The notes beneath the pieces were generated by a model. The model was not told the DNA's origin and made no database searches. It saw nothing but the letters and a program-made list of their open reading frames with translations. Below, one piece after another: positions 1 to 7,645 of a DNA stretch of 64,000 nucleotides. The stretch is taken from assembly GCA_949283975.1 (NCBI GenBank), contig CASDUK010000001.1, positions 26,764 through 90,763 on the forward strand, read 5' to 3'. The position numbers were made by a program, and so were the translations under genes. This stretch comes from an uncultured Bacillota bacterium. Its GTDB lineage: Bacteria; Bacillota; Clostridia; Christensenellales; UBA1242. Numbering within the stretch: the first letter of the stretch is position 1; each line of letters opens with the position of its first letter.

Positions 1-403
1 TAGAAATCAAATCGCTTCCAAGTTTGTTGCAATCAACAATTACTCCCTCTTTCAAAAATTTCCAAGCATCGGTATATTCAATTACAACCGTTGTTAAAGG
101 AGGAAGAGAGGCAAGACAGTTTGAAAGGTTTTGCTTGTCGCCCTCAGAAATCTTTGTTACATTTTTAATTAAAACAAACTTTCTGTCGTTGCCAATTGGA
201 AGCATTTCACAAGCTTCTAAAACCTTTTCTGCGCTGAAATTTTCATCCGTTATAATTGTTTTGTTAAAGTCGCTCATCTCATTTCCGCAGGCGTTTGAAA
301 TGTGCTTAATTGCGCTTTTAACAACAAAATTGTCCTCGCCTTTAATTATGTAAAGGTTTAGAACTTGCTCTTTTAAAGTTTGTGGGAGATCAATGAATTT
401 CAT
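1..403 (-). CDS. holA: DNA polymerase III delta subunit, N-terminal part (gene runs off window start)
   Basis: Absent from ORF track (no stop in window). My minus-strand translation from ATG at 403..401 gives MKFIDLPQTLKEQVLNLYIIKGEDNFVVKSAIKHI...GNDRKFVLIKNV. This fits the HolA N-terminal pattern and the conserved comEC-holA gene order. Confidence 0.6.
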   Translation of the reverse strand, partial: MKFIDLPQTLKEQVLNLYIIKGEDNFVVKSAIKHISNACGNEMSDFNKTIITDENFSAEKVLEACEMLPIGNDRKFVLIKNVTKISEGDKQNLSNCLASLPPLTTVVIEYTDAWKFLKEGVIVDCNKLGSDLIS

Positions 404-415
404 AGTTATATTATA
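404..415 (-). promoter_or_regulatory. TATAAT-N6-ATG arrangement in front of holA (possible internal leaderless promoter)
   Basis: Minus strand reads aagaggTATAATataactATG. The GAGG 13 nt upstream could instead be a distant SD. Confidence 0.3.
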
Positions 416-429
416 CCTCTTTTAAAAAT

Positions 430-1971
430 TTAAACAATAGAAACCAAGCCAAACACAAGACAAGTTGCAAGTGTTAGGCCAGATGACGCCAAAAGTTTTG
501 TTTTTTTATCAATTAAAACAAGCCTGCTTGAAACAAACATCAAAGCAAGGAAACAAACAAAAGCTGCAAAAACAAGTTTAAAATTTGGGATTATCGACCA
601 AGTTTGGTTTGCAACGAAGTTTGCAATTTTTCCAATGCCTTCCAAAAGCAAGCTTGAAAACCAAAGAACATTCCCCATAAAACCGAAAATAAAAATTAGT
701 GGGGTAGAAATAAAAATTAAAACAAACGCAAGGTTAAAAATTGGAATTACAACTAAATTAATTAAAACCGAAAGGAAAGAAACGCCGTCGAAAATTGAAA
801 TTAAAACCGGCAAAATTAGAAATTGAGCGGCAATTGTTGTTGCAAGGGGTTTTGCAAGAAAATCTGGAAGAACAAATTTTCCAATTTTCTTTTTTAAAAC
901 TTTGTAAACGCTTCTGTAAAAAATTGCAATTCCAATAACACAACCAAAACTCAGTTGAAATCCAACATCAAAGGCGTAGAGAGGTTTAAACAAAAGAAGA
1001 AAAAGGCCGGCAAGGCCAATTGCGCTTAGGCTGTCATATCGTTTCCCAAAAGTTGTTGCAACCAAAAGACAGCTGCTCATAACAATTGATCTAACAACGC
1101 AAGGGGCAAAACCGCAAAGATAGCCATAAAAAATTAAAACGGGAACAATAATTACAACGCACAGCCAATTTTTTGCCTTTAACTTTTTTAAAATCCAGTA
1201 AATAAAGGCAACAACAATTCCAAAATGCAAACCAGAAACGGAAAGAACATGAACAATTCCGCTTACGCGGTAGTCATATTTTGTTTGTGAGTCAACGTCA
1301 GATTGATCGCCAAAAAGCATTGCAAAGGCAAGGTTTGCATTTTCTTCTGTCATGTTTTGTAAAAGTTTTTCTTTTACGGCGTTTTGAATTTTGTCTGATA
1401 AACTTGGCTCACTTCCAACAACAACAATTCCTTCGGCATTTGAAGAGTAGTAATAGCAGTTGTTTTTGTAGTAGGAGGCTTGAACGCTCATGTTTTCATC
1501 AAAAGCGGAAATTGGGGTTAATGTTGCCGTTAGAAGAACCTTGTCGCCCGCGCTTAAAAATGGCGCACCATAGACAACTAGATAGACGTTTTGAGAAATT
1601 TCTTCTCCTTCAACAGAAACATCTTCTAAAATTATATATTGACTGTTTCCATAGGTTGCGCTTCCGCTTCCAACGCGTCCTGAAACAAGAGTTTCTTCTG
1701 GGAAATATTTTGGGCTGAACGCGTTAATTTCAACCGCGTAACTAAAAATTCCCAAAACAATGAAAAGAAGAACGCAAATTGTGCTTTTAAAAGCCTTTCT
1801 CAAAATTCCAATTGTTGTTATTGTTCCAACCAATATTACAAACAGGGCTATTACAAGCCAGTTGCTGAGAAAAATATATTTTGCAAACAAAATCGCGCCA
1901 AACAGTGCGATAAAACAATAAAATAACGGTCTAAAATTTACAATTTTCTTCATTTGCATTAATTTTTTCAC
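430..1971 (-). CDS. comEC: ComEC/Rec2-family competence membrane protein (short form, no C-terminal metallo-beta-lactamase domain)
   Basis: 513 aa polytopic membrane protein with an LSVSGLHFGIV motif, located directly upstream of holA. GTG start at 1971; alternative ATG at 1959. Confidence 0.75.
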   Translation of the reverse strand: MKKLMQMKKIVNFRPLFYCFIALFGAILFAKYIFLSNWLVIALFVILVGTITTIGILRKAFKSTICVLLFIVLGIFSYAVEINAFSPKYFPEETLVSGRVGSGSATYGNSQYIILEDVSVEGEEISQNVYLVVYGAPFLSAGDKVLLTATLTPISAFDENMSVQASYYKNNCYYYSSNAEGIVVVGSEPSLSDKIQNAVKEKLLQNMTEENANLAFAMLFGDQSDVDSQTKYDYRVSGIVHVLSVSGLHFGIVVAFIYWILKKLKAKNWLCVVIIVPVLIFYGYLCGFAPCVVRSIVMSSCLLVATTFGKRYDSLSAIGLAGLFLLLFKPLYAFDVGFQLSFGCVIGIAIFYRSVYKVLKKKIGKFVLPDFLAKPLATTIAAQFLILPVLISIFDGVSFLSVLINLVVIPIFNLAFVLIFISTPLIFIFGFMGNVLWFSSLLLEGIGKIANFVANQTWSIIPNFKLVFAAFVCFLALMFVSSRLVLIDKKTKLLASSGLTLATCLVFGLVSIV

Positions 1972-2034
1972 AAAAAGGTATTGTATTTTTTTTAATGTTG
2001 TGTTAAAATACTAAAAGTAAAAGGAAGGGATTTT

Positions 2035-2295
2035 ATGATTAATAAATTTATGTTGGCCGCAGTTGATTTTACAAACTTTGTTGCTAGAATTCAAAAACCT
2101 CATGTTATTGTTGGCTTAATTTTGGCTGTTTTGGGTTTTGCAACAATTCTTTTGGCAAGGCGAATTGCAAGCGTTGCAAGAAGGGAGGAGAACAAGGACA
2201 AGCCAGTTGAAAACGACAACAAAGTTTACATCCTTTTAAAAGCTGTTGGCTTGGTTATGCTTCTAGTTGCTTTAATTATACTTGTTTTTGAATAG
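2035..2295 (+). CDS. small membrane protein, unknown function
   Basis: 86 aa with two hydrophobic segments. SD aaggaaggg lies upstream and a terminator follows. Confidence 0.5.
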   Translation: MINKFMLAAVDFTNFVARIQKPHVIVGLILAVLGFATILLARRIASVARREENKDKPVENDNKVYILLKAVGLVMLLVALIILVFE

Positions 2296-2320
2296 AATTC
2301 AAAGAAAATTTGCTTTAAAT

Positions 2321-2350
2321 GGCGCGCAGAATTTGCGTGCCTTTATTTTT
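2321..2350 (+). terminator. intrinsic terminator
   Basis: ggcgcgca-gaatt-tgcgtgcc hairpin followed by tttattttt. Confidence 0.65.
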
Positions 2351-2369
2351 GAAAAGTTCGCAAAAAACC

Positions 2370-2398
2370 TTGACAAATAAATTAAATTGGGCTATATT
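2370..2398 (+). promoter_or_regulatory. sigma-A type promoter for rplM-rpsI
   Basis: TTGACA, 17-nt spacer, TATATT. Leaves a ~140-nt untranslated leader before rplM. Confidence 0.6.
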
Positions 2399-2542
2399 AT
2401 TCAATGTCTAATTGCTTGGGCAATATTTTTCTTTGCATTGCTAGCCCCAACTGCAAAAAATGTTGCAACAAAATTTGGAAAGTTTTGAAACTTGCGCGAA
2501 CATTTTTCAAAGCGATAAGAATTTTTTAAGGAGAAATAATCA

Positions 2543-2986
2543 ATGAAAACCTATATGGCAAAACCAGAAACTGCCCAAAAAGAATGGTTCGTTGTTGATG
2601 CAGATGGTGTTCCATTTGGAAGGCTTGCAAGCCAAGTTGCCCACATTTTGCGCGGGAAACACAAGCCAACGTTTACTCCTAATGTTGACACTGGGGATTA
2701 CGTAATCGTCATCAATTCGGACAAGGCAGTTTTAACCGGAAAGAAATTAACTCAAAAATATTTTAAAACATATTCTGGCTATCAAGGCGGGCTTAAAGAA
2801 ACCCAATTTAAAAAGATGATGGAAGAAAAATCAGATGTTGCACTTCTTCGCGCAATTAAAGGAATGCTTCCAAAAAACGCTCTTGGAAGGGCAATGGCAA
2901 AAAAAGTTAAAATCTATAAAGGTGCAACCCACCCACACGAGGCGCAACACCCAACGCCAATAAAAGTTAAGGGAGGAAGAGAGTAA
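2543..2986 (+). CDS. rplM: 50S ribosomal protein L13
   Basis: 147 aa, [20 protein letters not shown]... SD aaggag upstream. TAATG overlap with rpsI. Confidence 0.95.
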   Translation: MKTYMAKPETAQKEWFVVDADGVPFGRLASQVAHILRGKHKPTFTPNVDTGDYVIVINSDKAVLTGKKLTQKYFKTYSGYQGGLKETQFKKMMEEKSDVALLRAIKGMLPKNALGRAMAKKVKIYKGATHPHEAQHPTPIKVKGGRE

Positions 2987-3420
2987 TGGCAGAAGCTAAA
3001 AAAGCGGCAAAACCAAGCGTTAAGGTAAAAGCAAACGCATATTGGGCAACCGGAAGAAGAAAAAAAGCAATTGCAAGAGTTCGCCTTGTTCCAAACGGGA
3101 GGGGAGTAATTACAATTAACAAGAAGGACATAGACGAATATTTTGATCATGAAACTCTTAAATACATCGTTCGTCAACCACTTGAACTAACGGAGAATCA
3201 AACAAAATTTGATGTTTTCGTAAACGTTGACGGAGGAGGATACACTGGCCAAGCCGGCGCTATTCGCCTTGGAATTGCAAGGGCGCTTGTTCTTTTTGAG
3301 GAAAATCTTAAACCAGAGCTTAAAAAAGCAGGCTTTTTAACAAGAGATTCCAGAATGAAAGAAAGAAAGAAATATGGGCTTAAAAAGGCAAGAAAAGCTC
3401 CACAGTTTAGTAAGAGATAA
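2986..3420 (+). CDS. rpsI: 30S ribosomal protein S9
   Basis: 144 aa with C-terminal ...[12 protein letters not shown], typical of S9. Confidence 0.95.
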   Translation: MAEAKKAAKPSVKVKANAYWATGRRKKAIARVRLVPNGRGVITINKKDIDEYFDHETLKYIVRQPLELTENQTKFDVFVNVDGGGYTGQAGAIRLGIARALVLFEENLKPELKKAGFLTRDSRMKERKKYGLKKARKAPQFSKR

Positions 3421-3423
3421 AAA

Positions 3424-3445
3424 AAGCGGGTTTCCCGCTTTTTTT
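3424..3445 (+). terminator. intrinsic terminator after rpsI
   Basis: agcggg-ttt-cccgct hairpin followed by a T7 run. Confidence 0.8.
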
Positions 3446-3603
3446 GTAAATTAATTCCTCAGCTAATTTGGGCTTAAGTTTGCCGGTTAATTGGTTTCGA
3501 TATGTTGAGTTTGAGGAGGCTTTTGCTTTAATTGTAAAATGAAGAAAACATTCTAAGCAAACGAAACAGATTGTTGCATGCAACTTAGAGCTGTGTTATA
3601 TTT

Positions 3604-3630
3604 AAAAAAATCTCTTGAAAATCAAGAGAT
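3604..3630 (-). terminator. intrinsic terminator of the 3631..3822 gene
   Basis: tctcttga-aaa-tcaagaga hairpin flanked by an A7 run on plus (T-run on minus). Confidence 0.7.
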
Positions 3631-3822
3631 TTATAAATCCATTTCCTGGCCGCCGTTTTGCTTTGAAAAGGCGTTTTCTTTTGCAACAGAGTAGTTGTGG
3701 TATGCGGCAATTGCTCTTTTTGGATTTCTGTTAAGCGTTTCTTTGACAAAGTTATTCCAACCCTCTCTTGCAGCGGGAGTAATGTTATATGGCATTTCTT
3801 GCGGGCTTTTATAACTTTGCAT
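3631..3822 (-). CDS. small soluble protein, unknown function (63 aa)
   Basis: I start at the internal ATG (MQSYKSPQEM...) because GGAGG lies 5 nt upstream. It has a strong promoter and its own terminator. Confidence 0.6.
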   Translation of the reverse strand: MQSYKSPQEMPYNITPAAREGWNNFVKETLNRNPKRAIAAYHNYSVAKENAFSKQNGGQEMDL

Positions 3823-3872
3823 GTTGACCTCCAATTTGCCTCAATAACTTTATCCTATGTTTTCACACTAAT

Positions 3873-3901
3873 ATTATACATTTTGGAAGTAGATTTGTAA
3901 A
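3873..3901 (-). promoter_or_regulatory. sigma-A type promoter for the 63-aa protein gene
   Basis: Minus strand reads TTTACA, 17-nt spacer, TATAAT. Confidence 0.6.
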
Positions 3902-4001
3902 TAGAAAATGGCAATTTTTTTGGAATTTCAAAATCTTTGTAATCTTTAACCAAAGTTTGTTATTTTGTTAATTTACATTACAAACAAGGCTTCTCTTAAT
4001 A

Positions 4002-4982
4002 TTATATGCACTTAACTGTTAAAACTGCCAACGCAACGCTTGCACCAACAATTGGGTTGTTTCCCATTCCAATAAAGCCCATCATTTCAACATGGGCAGG
4101 AACGGAGCTGCTTCCGGCAAATTGGGCGTCGCAGTGCATTCTTCCCATGGTGTCCGTAAGGCCATAACTTGCTGGGCCGGCTTTGACATTGTCTGGGTGG
4201 AGCGTTCTTCCCGTTCCCCCTCCAGATGCAACGGAGAAATATTTCTTTCCGTTTTCCATGCACCATTTTTTGTATGTTCCAGCAACAGGGTGTTGAAATC
4301 TAACTGGGTTAGTTGAATTTCCGGTTATTGAAACATCAACACTTTCATGTTTCATAATTGCAACGCCTTCGTTGACATCATAAGCGCCATAGATTTTAAC
4401 ATTTACGCTTGTTCCGTTTGAGAAGCGCTTTTCGCCAACAATTTTAAGTTGGTCTGTTTCTTGATTATATTGCGTTTCAACAAATGTAAACCCGTTTATT
4501 CTTGCAATTATATATGCTGCGTCCTTTCCAAGGCCGTTTAAAATTACTTTTAGTGGAGTTTTTCTAACCTCATTGGCTCTTCTTGCAATTCCCATTGCGC
4601 CCTCTGCCGCGGCAAAGCTTTCGTGGCCAGCTAAAAAGCAAAAACACTTTGTTTCCTCGGAAAGAAGCATTTTTGCAAGCGCTCCGTGGCCAATTCCAAT
4701 TTTTCGTTGGTCTGCAACAGAACCTGGAACGCAAAATGCTTGAAGACCCTCTCCAATTGAATCACAGACGGATTCAATTGATTTTTTGCCCTTAACAATT
4801 GCAATTGCAACTCCAAGGGTATAGGCCCAAACAGCGTTGTCGAAGGCAATTGGTTGAATTCCTTTAACAACCGCTGCAACATCAATTCCCTTTGAATTGC
4901 AAATTTCTTTTGCCTTTTCCAAACTTTCTATTCCATATTTCTTTAAACAAACATCTATTGCCGGTTTTCTTTTATTGTTCAT
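4002..4982 (-). CDS. GGGtGRT family protein (conserved, function unknown)
   Basis: 326 aa containing the family-defining motif SGGGTGRTLHPDN. SD ggagg upstream. Confidence 0.8.
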   Translation of the reverse strand: MNNKRKPAIDVCLKKYGIESLEKAKEICNSKGIDVAAVVKGIQPIAFDNAVWAYTLGVAIAIVKGKKSIESVCDSIGEGLQAFCVPGSVADQRKIGIGHGALAKMLLSEETKCFCFLAGHESFAAAEGAMGIARRANEVRKTPLKVILNGLGKDAAYIIARINGFTFVETQYNQETDQLKIVGEKRFSNGTSVNVKIYGAYDVNEGVAIMKHESVDVSITGNSTNPVRFQHPVAGTYKKWCMENGKKYFSVASGGGTGRTLHPDNVKAGPASYGLTDTMGRMHCDAQFAGSSSVPAHVEMMGFIGMGNNPIVGASVALAVLTVKCI

Positions 4983-4995
4983 AATTTTTCCTCCA

Positions 4996-5673
4996 CTATT
5001 GTTTCCTTGGGTTGATTACTTTAACTGCATCGCTAAATCTTCCATATGTTTTAGTGCTTTTAGAAATTGCTTCTTCAATTTCAGTTCCGTTTTGAAGGTT
5101 CATCATTAGCGTTCCAAGCGAAATATATTCATACCCAATAATCTCTCCGTTTTCGTCCAAGCCCTGTTTTGTTATATATCCTTCTGCCAAATTTAAATAT
5201 CTTGTTCCAATTTTGTCGTTTGAATAAACCGTTCCAACTTGGCTGGATTTTGTTTTTCCAAGGTCTTCTCTTGCCGCGCCAATTTCAAGCCCTCCTTCGC
5301 TGAAAGCAGATTGGCTTCGTCCATAGACAAGTTGAAGGAAAACCTGTTTCATTGCAACGTTTATTGCATCGCAAACAAGGTCGGTGTTTAGAGCCTCTAA
5401 AAGAGTTTTCCCAATTAAAATTTCGGCAGCCATTGCCGCAGAGTGGGTCATTCCGCTGCAACCAATTGTTTCAACAAGCGCCTCTTTAATTATTCCGTTT
5501 TTAACATTAATTGTTAGTTTACAAGCGCCCTGTTGAGGAGCGCAAGTTCCAACCCCGTGGGAAAAGCCGCTTATGTCCTCAATTTTTTTTGCGCTAACAA
5601 ACTTTCCTTCCTCCGGAATTGGCGAAGGGCCAAAAGAATTTAAATTTTTTACTTTGCAAAAATTTTCTTCCAT
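4996..5673 (-). CDS. NifU/IscU-like Fe-S cluster scaffold domain protein
   Basis: 225 aa. The N-terminal half has the IscU-like three-Cys pattern (GVGTCAPQQGAC...ETIGCSGMTHSAAMAAE). SD aaggag upstream. 13 nt upstream of the GGGtGRT gene. Confidence 0.7.
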   Translation of the reverse strand: MEENFCKVKNLNSFGPSPIPEEGKFVSAKKIEDISGFSHGVGTCAPQQGACKLTINVKNGIIKEALVETIGCSGMTHSAAMAAEILIGKTLLEALNTDLVCDAINVAMKQVFLQLVYGRSQSAFSEGGLEIGAAREDLGKTKSSQVGTVYSNDKIGTRYLNLAEGYITKQGLDENGEIIGYEYISLGTLMMNLQNGTEIEEAISKSTKTYGRFSDAVKVINPRKQ

Positions 5674-5817
5674 ATTTTTCTCCTTATTTAATATCTTACC
5701 AAAAAATTAAAAAAAAACATAACTTATTAGTCAAAATTAAAAAAAAAGAAAATTTATTAGAAAAATTTAAAAGTTTTTTAACAAATTTTGGTTAAGAAAT
5801 ATTGCGCATTTTTGTTG

Positions 5818-5846
5818 TTGACGGCAGGGTAAAAATATTTTATAAT
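5818..5846 (+). promoter_or_regulatory. sigma-A type promoter (distal, upstream of truA)
   Basis: TTGACG, 17-nt spacer, TATAAT. Confidence 0.5.
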
Positions 5847-5916
5847 GTTTTTAATTGCGAGAGATCAAAAAAAAATAAAAATTAACGGTTTTCCGACAAT
5901 TAATTTTTAAAATTTA

Positions 5917-5931
5917 TGGTAAAATGGAACT
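5917..5931 (+). promoter_or_regulatory. extended -10 (TGgTAAAAT) placed 6 nt before the truA ATG; candidate leaderless promoter
   Basis: tatGGTAAAATggaactATG, with no SD. Confidence 0.5.
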
Positions 5932-6705
5932 ATGAAAATATTACTTACAATTAGTTATAAAGGAACCGGCTATGTTGGCTGGCAGAATCAAAAGAACGGA
6001 AAAAGCGTTCAAAAAACAATTGAAAAGGCAATTTCAAAATTGCTTAGACAAGATGTTGAACTCGATGGAAGTGGAAGAACAGACGCTGGGGTTCATGCCT
6101 TTGGCCAAACGGCAACTTTTGAGGCAACTTCAAATTCATTCTTTTCTAATTTCACAAGCAAAGGTTCAAAAAAAATTTGCCTAAATTCAGCAAGGTTTGT
6201 TCGCGCAATTAACGCCTATCTTCCGTCAGACATCTATGTAACTTCTGCAAAAGAGGTTTCTGAAAACTTCCATGCAAGATATTCCGCAAAGGAAAAGGTT
6301 TATGAATATCATCTTCAAGTTGGGAAAAATCCAATTTTAGGTGGGCTTGTTGGCGAATTTAATCAGATGCCAAACTTGGAGCTTATCAAAGAAGCTGCGC
6401 AAATTCTTGTTGGAACTCACGATTTTTCCTCCTTTTGCAGCGCAAAGGCGGAGGTTTCCGACTATGTAAGAACAATTAACTACATTAAAATTTATATGAC
6501 AAAAGCAGACCAAATTATCTTCGAAATTTCTGGAAACGGCTTTTTGTATAACATGGTTAGAATAATTGTTGGAACGCTTTATGATGTTGGAATTGGAAAG
6601 ATAAAACCAGAAGAAGTTAAAGAAATTCTTTCCGCAAAGGATAGAACCAAGGCGGGAAAAACTGCGCCAGCCTCTGGGCTTTACCTAAAAAAAGTTAAAT
6701 ATTAA
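5932..6705 (+). CDS. truA: tRNA pseudouridine(38-40) synthase
   Basis: 257 aa with the GSGRTDAGVHA catalytic motif. Confidence 0.9.
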   Translation: MKILLTISYKGTGYVGWQNQKNGKSVQKTIEKAISKLLRQDVELDGSGRTDAGVHAFGQTATFEATSNSFFSNFTSKGSKKICLNSARFVRAINAYLPSDIYVTSAKEVSENFHARYSAKEKVYEYHLQVGKNPILGGLVGEFNQMPNLELIKEAAQILVGTHDFSSFCSAKAEVSDYVRTINYIKIYMTKADQIIFEISGNGFLYNMVRIIVGTLYDVGIGKIKPEEVKEILSAKDRTKAGKTAPASGLYLKKVKY

Positions 6706-6729
6706 AACCCTTCTTGGGTTTTTTATTTT
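6705..6729 (+). terminator. intrinsic terminator after truA
   Basis: aaaccc-ttctt-gggttt hairpin followed by a T-run. Confidence 0.65.
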
Positions 6730-6733
6730 ATTG

Positions 6734-6748
6734 TGGTAAAATATATCT
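6734..6748 (+). promoter_or_regulatory. extended -10 (TGgTAAAAT) placed 6 nt before the recO ATG; candidate leaderless promoter
   Basis: ttgTGGTAAAATatatctATG directly after the truA terminator, with no SD. Confidence 0.55.
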
Positions 6749-7468
6749 ATGAGCGAAATTAGAGTTAACGGAATTGTTATTGGCGCAAAAGACTTTAAAG
6801 AAGCTGATAAAATCATAACAATTTATACTCTTGAAAAGGGAATTGTTTATGCAAAGCTTGCTGGCGTTAAAAAACCAAATGCAAAGCTAAAGGCGGCAAA
6901 GGAGCTTTTTTGTTTCGCCCAGTTTGATTTGGCTTGTAAAGGAGATTTTTTTTCTGTTACAGGTGCAAATATAATTGAATCCTTTTTCTGCCTTTCCCAA
7001 GACCTTGAAAAATTTTATGGCGCGTGTAATATTTTGGAAGTTTTAAAAGTTGTTGGGCGCGAAAATGAAAACAACCAAATTTTGTTTTTAGAAGCGTTAA
7101 AGGCGCTTGACTCAATTGGTTTTAAAGGCTCGGATTCAAAACTTGTTTTAATTAAATTTTTAATTAAAATTTTTGAGGCGCTTGGATATGACCTTTCGCT
7201 AAATAGGTGCGGAAAGTGTTCAATGCCTTTTAGCGGAAAGCGCTTTTTTTCGCCGCAAGACGGCGTTGTTACTTGCTTTGCTTGCAAGGGCGTTGGGGCG
7301 GTTGAAATTTCGCCGCAGGTTCACAGCGCAATGCGGCTTTGCCAAATTACAAATTTTGACAAGCTTTCATCGCTAAAACTCCCGGCGGGGGCGGCGGAGG
7401 AAGCTCTTTCAATTTTAATCAAAAATTTTGAAGATAAGTTTGACAGAAAGATAAACATAACCCACTAA
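6749..7468 (+). CDS. recO: DNA repair protein RecO
   Basis: 239 aa with an N-terminal OB-like region and a Cys cluster (CGKCS...CFAC). Confidence 0.8.
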   Translation: MSEIRVNGIVIGAKDFKEADKIITIYTLEKGIVYAKLAGVKKPNAKLKAAKELFCFAQFDLACKGDFFSVTGANIIESFFCLSQDLEKFYGACNILEVLKVVGRENENNQILFLEALKALDSIGFKGSDSKLVLIKFLIKIFEALGYDLSLNRCGKCSMPFSGKRFFSPQDGVVTCFACKGVGAVEISPQVHSAMRLCQITNFDKLSSLKLPAGAAEEALSILIKNFEDKFDRKINITH

Positions 7469-7487
7469 AGCGGGTTATATTTTTTTT
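7459..7487 (+). terminator. probable terminator after recO
   Basis: aaccc-(8 nt)-gggtt hairpin, then ata and a T8 run. Confidence 0.45.
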
Positions 7488-7645
7488 ATCTTTAAATATC
7501 AATAGATTAAGAAGGCTTTTTGTTTGCGGCAAAAAGGGGGGAAAATGGAAGATTTGGCCGACTTTTTTGTTTTTATTGCTACTTTTGCAAAAGGCAAAAC
7601 CTGGGGAAGAAAATGGGATAGAATCTAGGCAAAGGAGGAGCTTTT

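Noticed and set aside
2399-2542. Known L13 (rplM) ribosomal-protein leader
   Set aside because: There is a ~140-nt leader, but I could not draw a convincing conserved structure or terminator by eye. Not claimed; it needs an Infernal scan.
3447-3600. Possible sRNA or small ORF between the rpsI terminator and the 63-aa gene terminator (GAGGAGG at about 3513, 12-bp palindrome GTTGCATGCAAC at about 3577)
   Set aside because: The only ATG after the SD-like motif opens a 5-codon frame. I found no promoter or terminator pair defining a transcript. The evidence is insufficient to call a feature.
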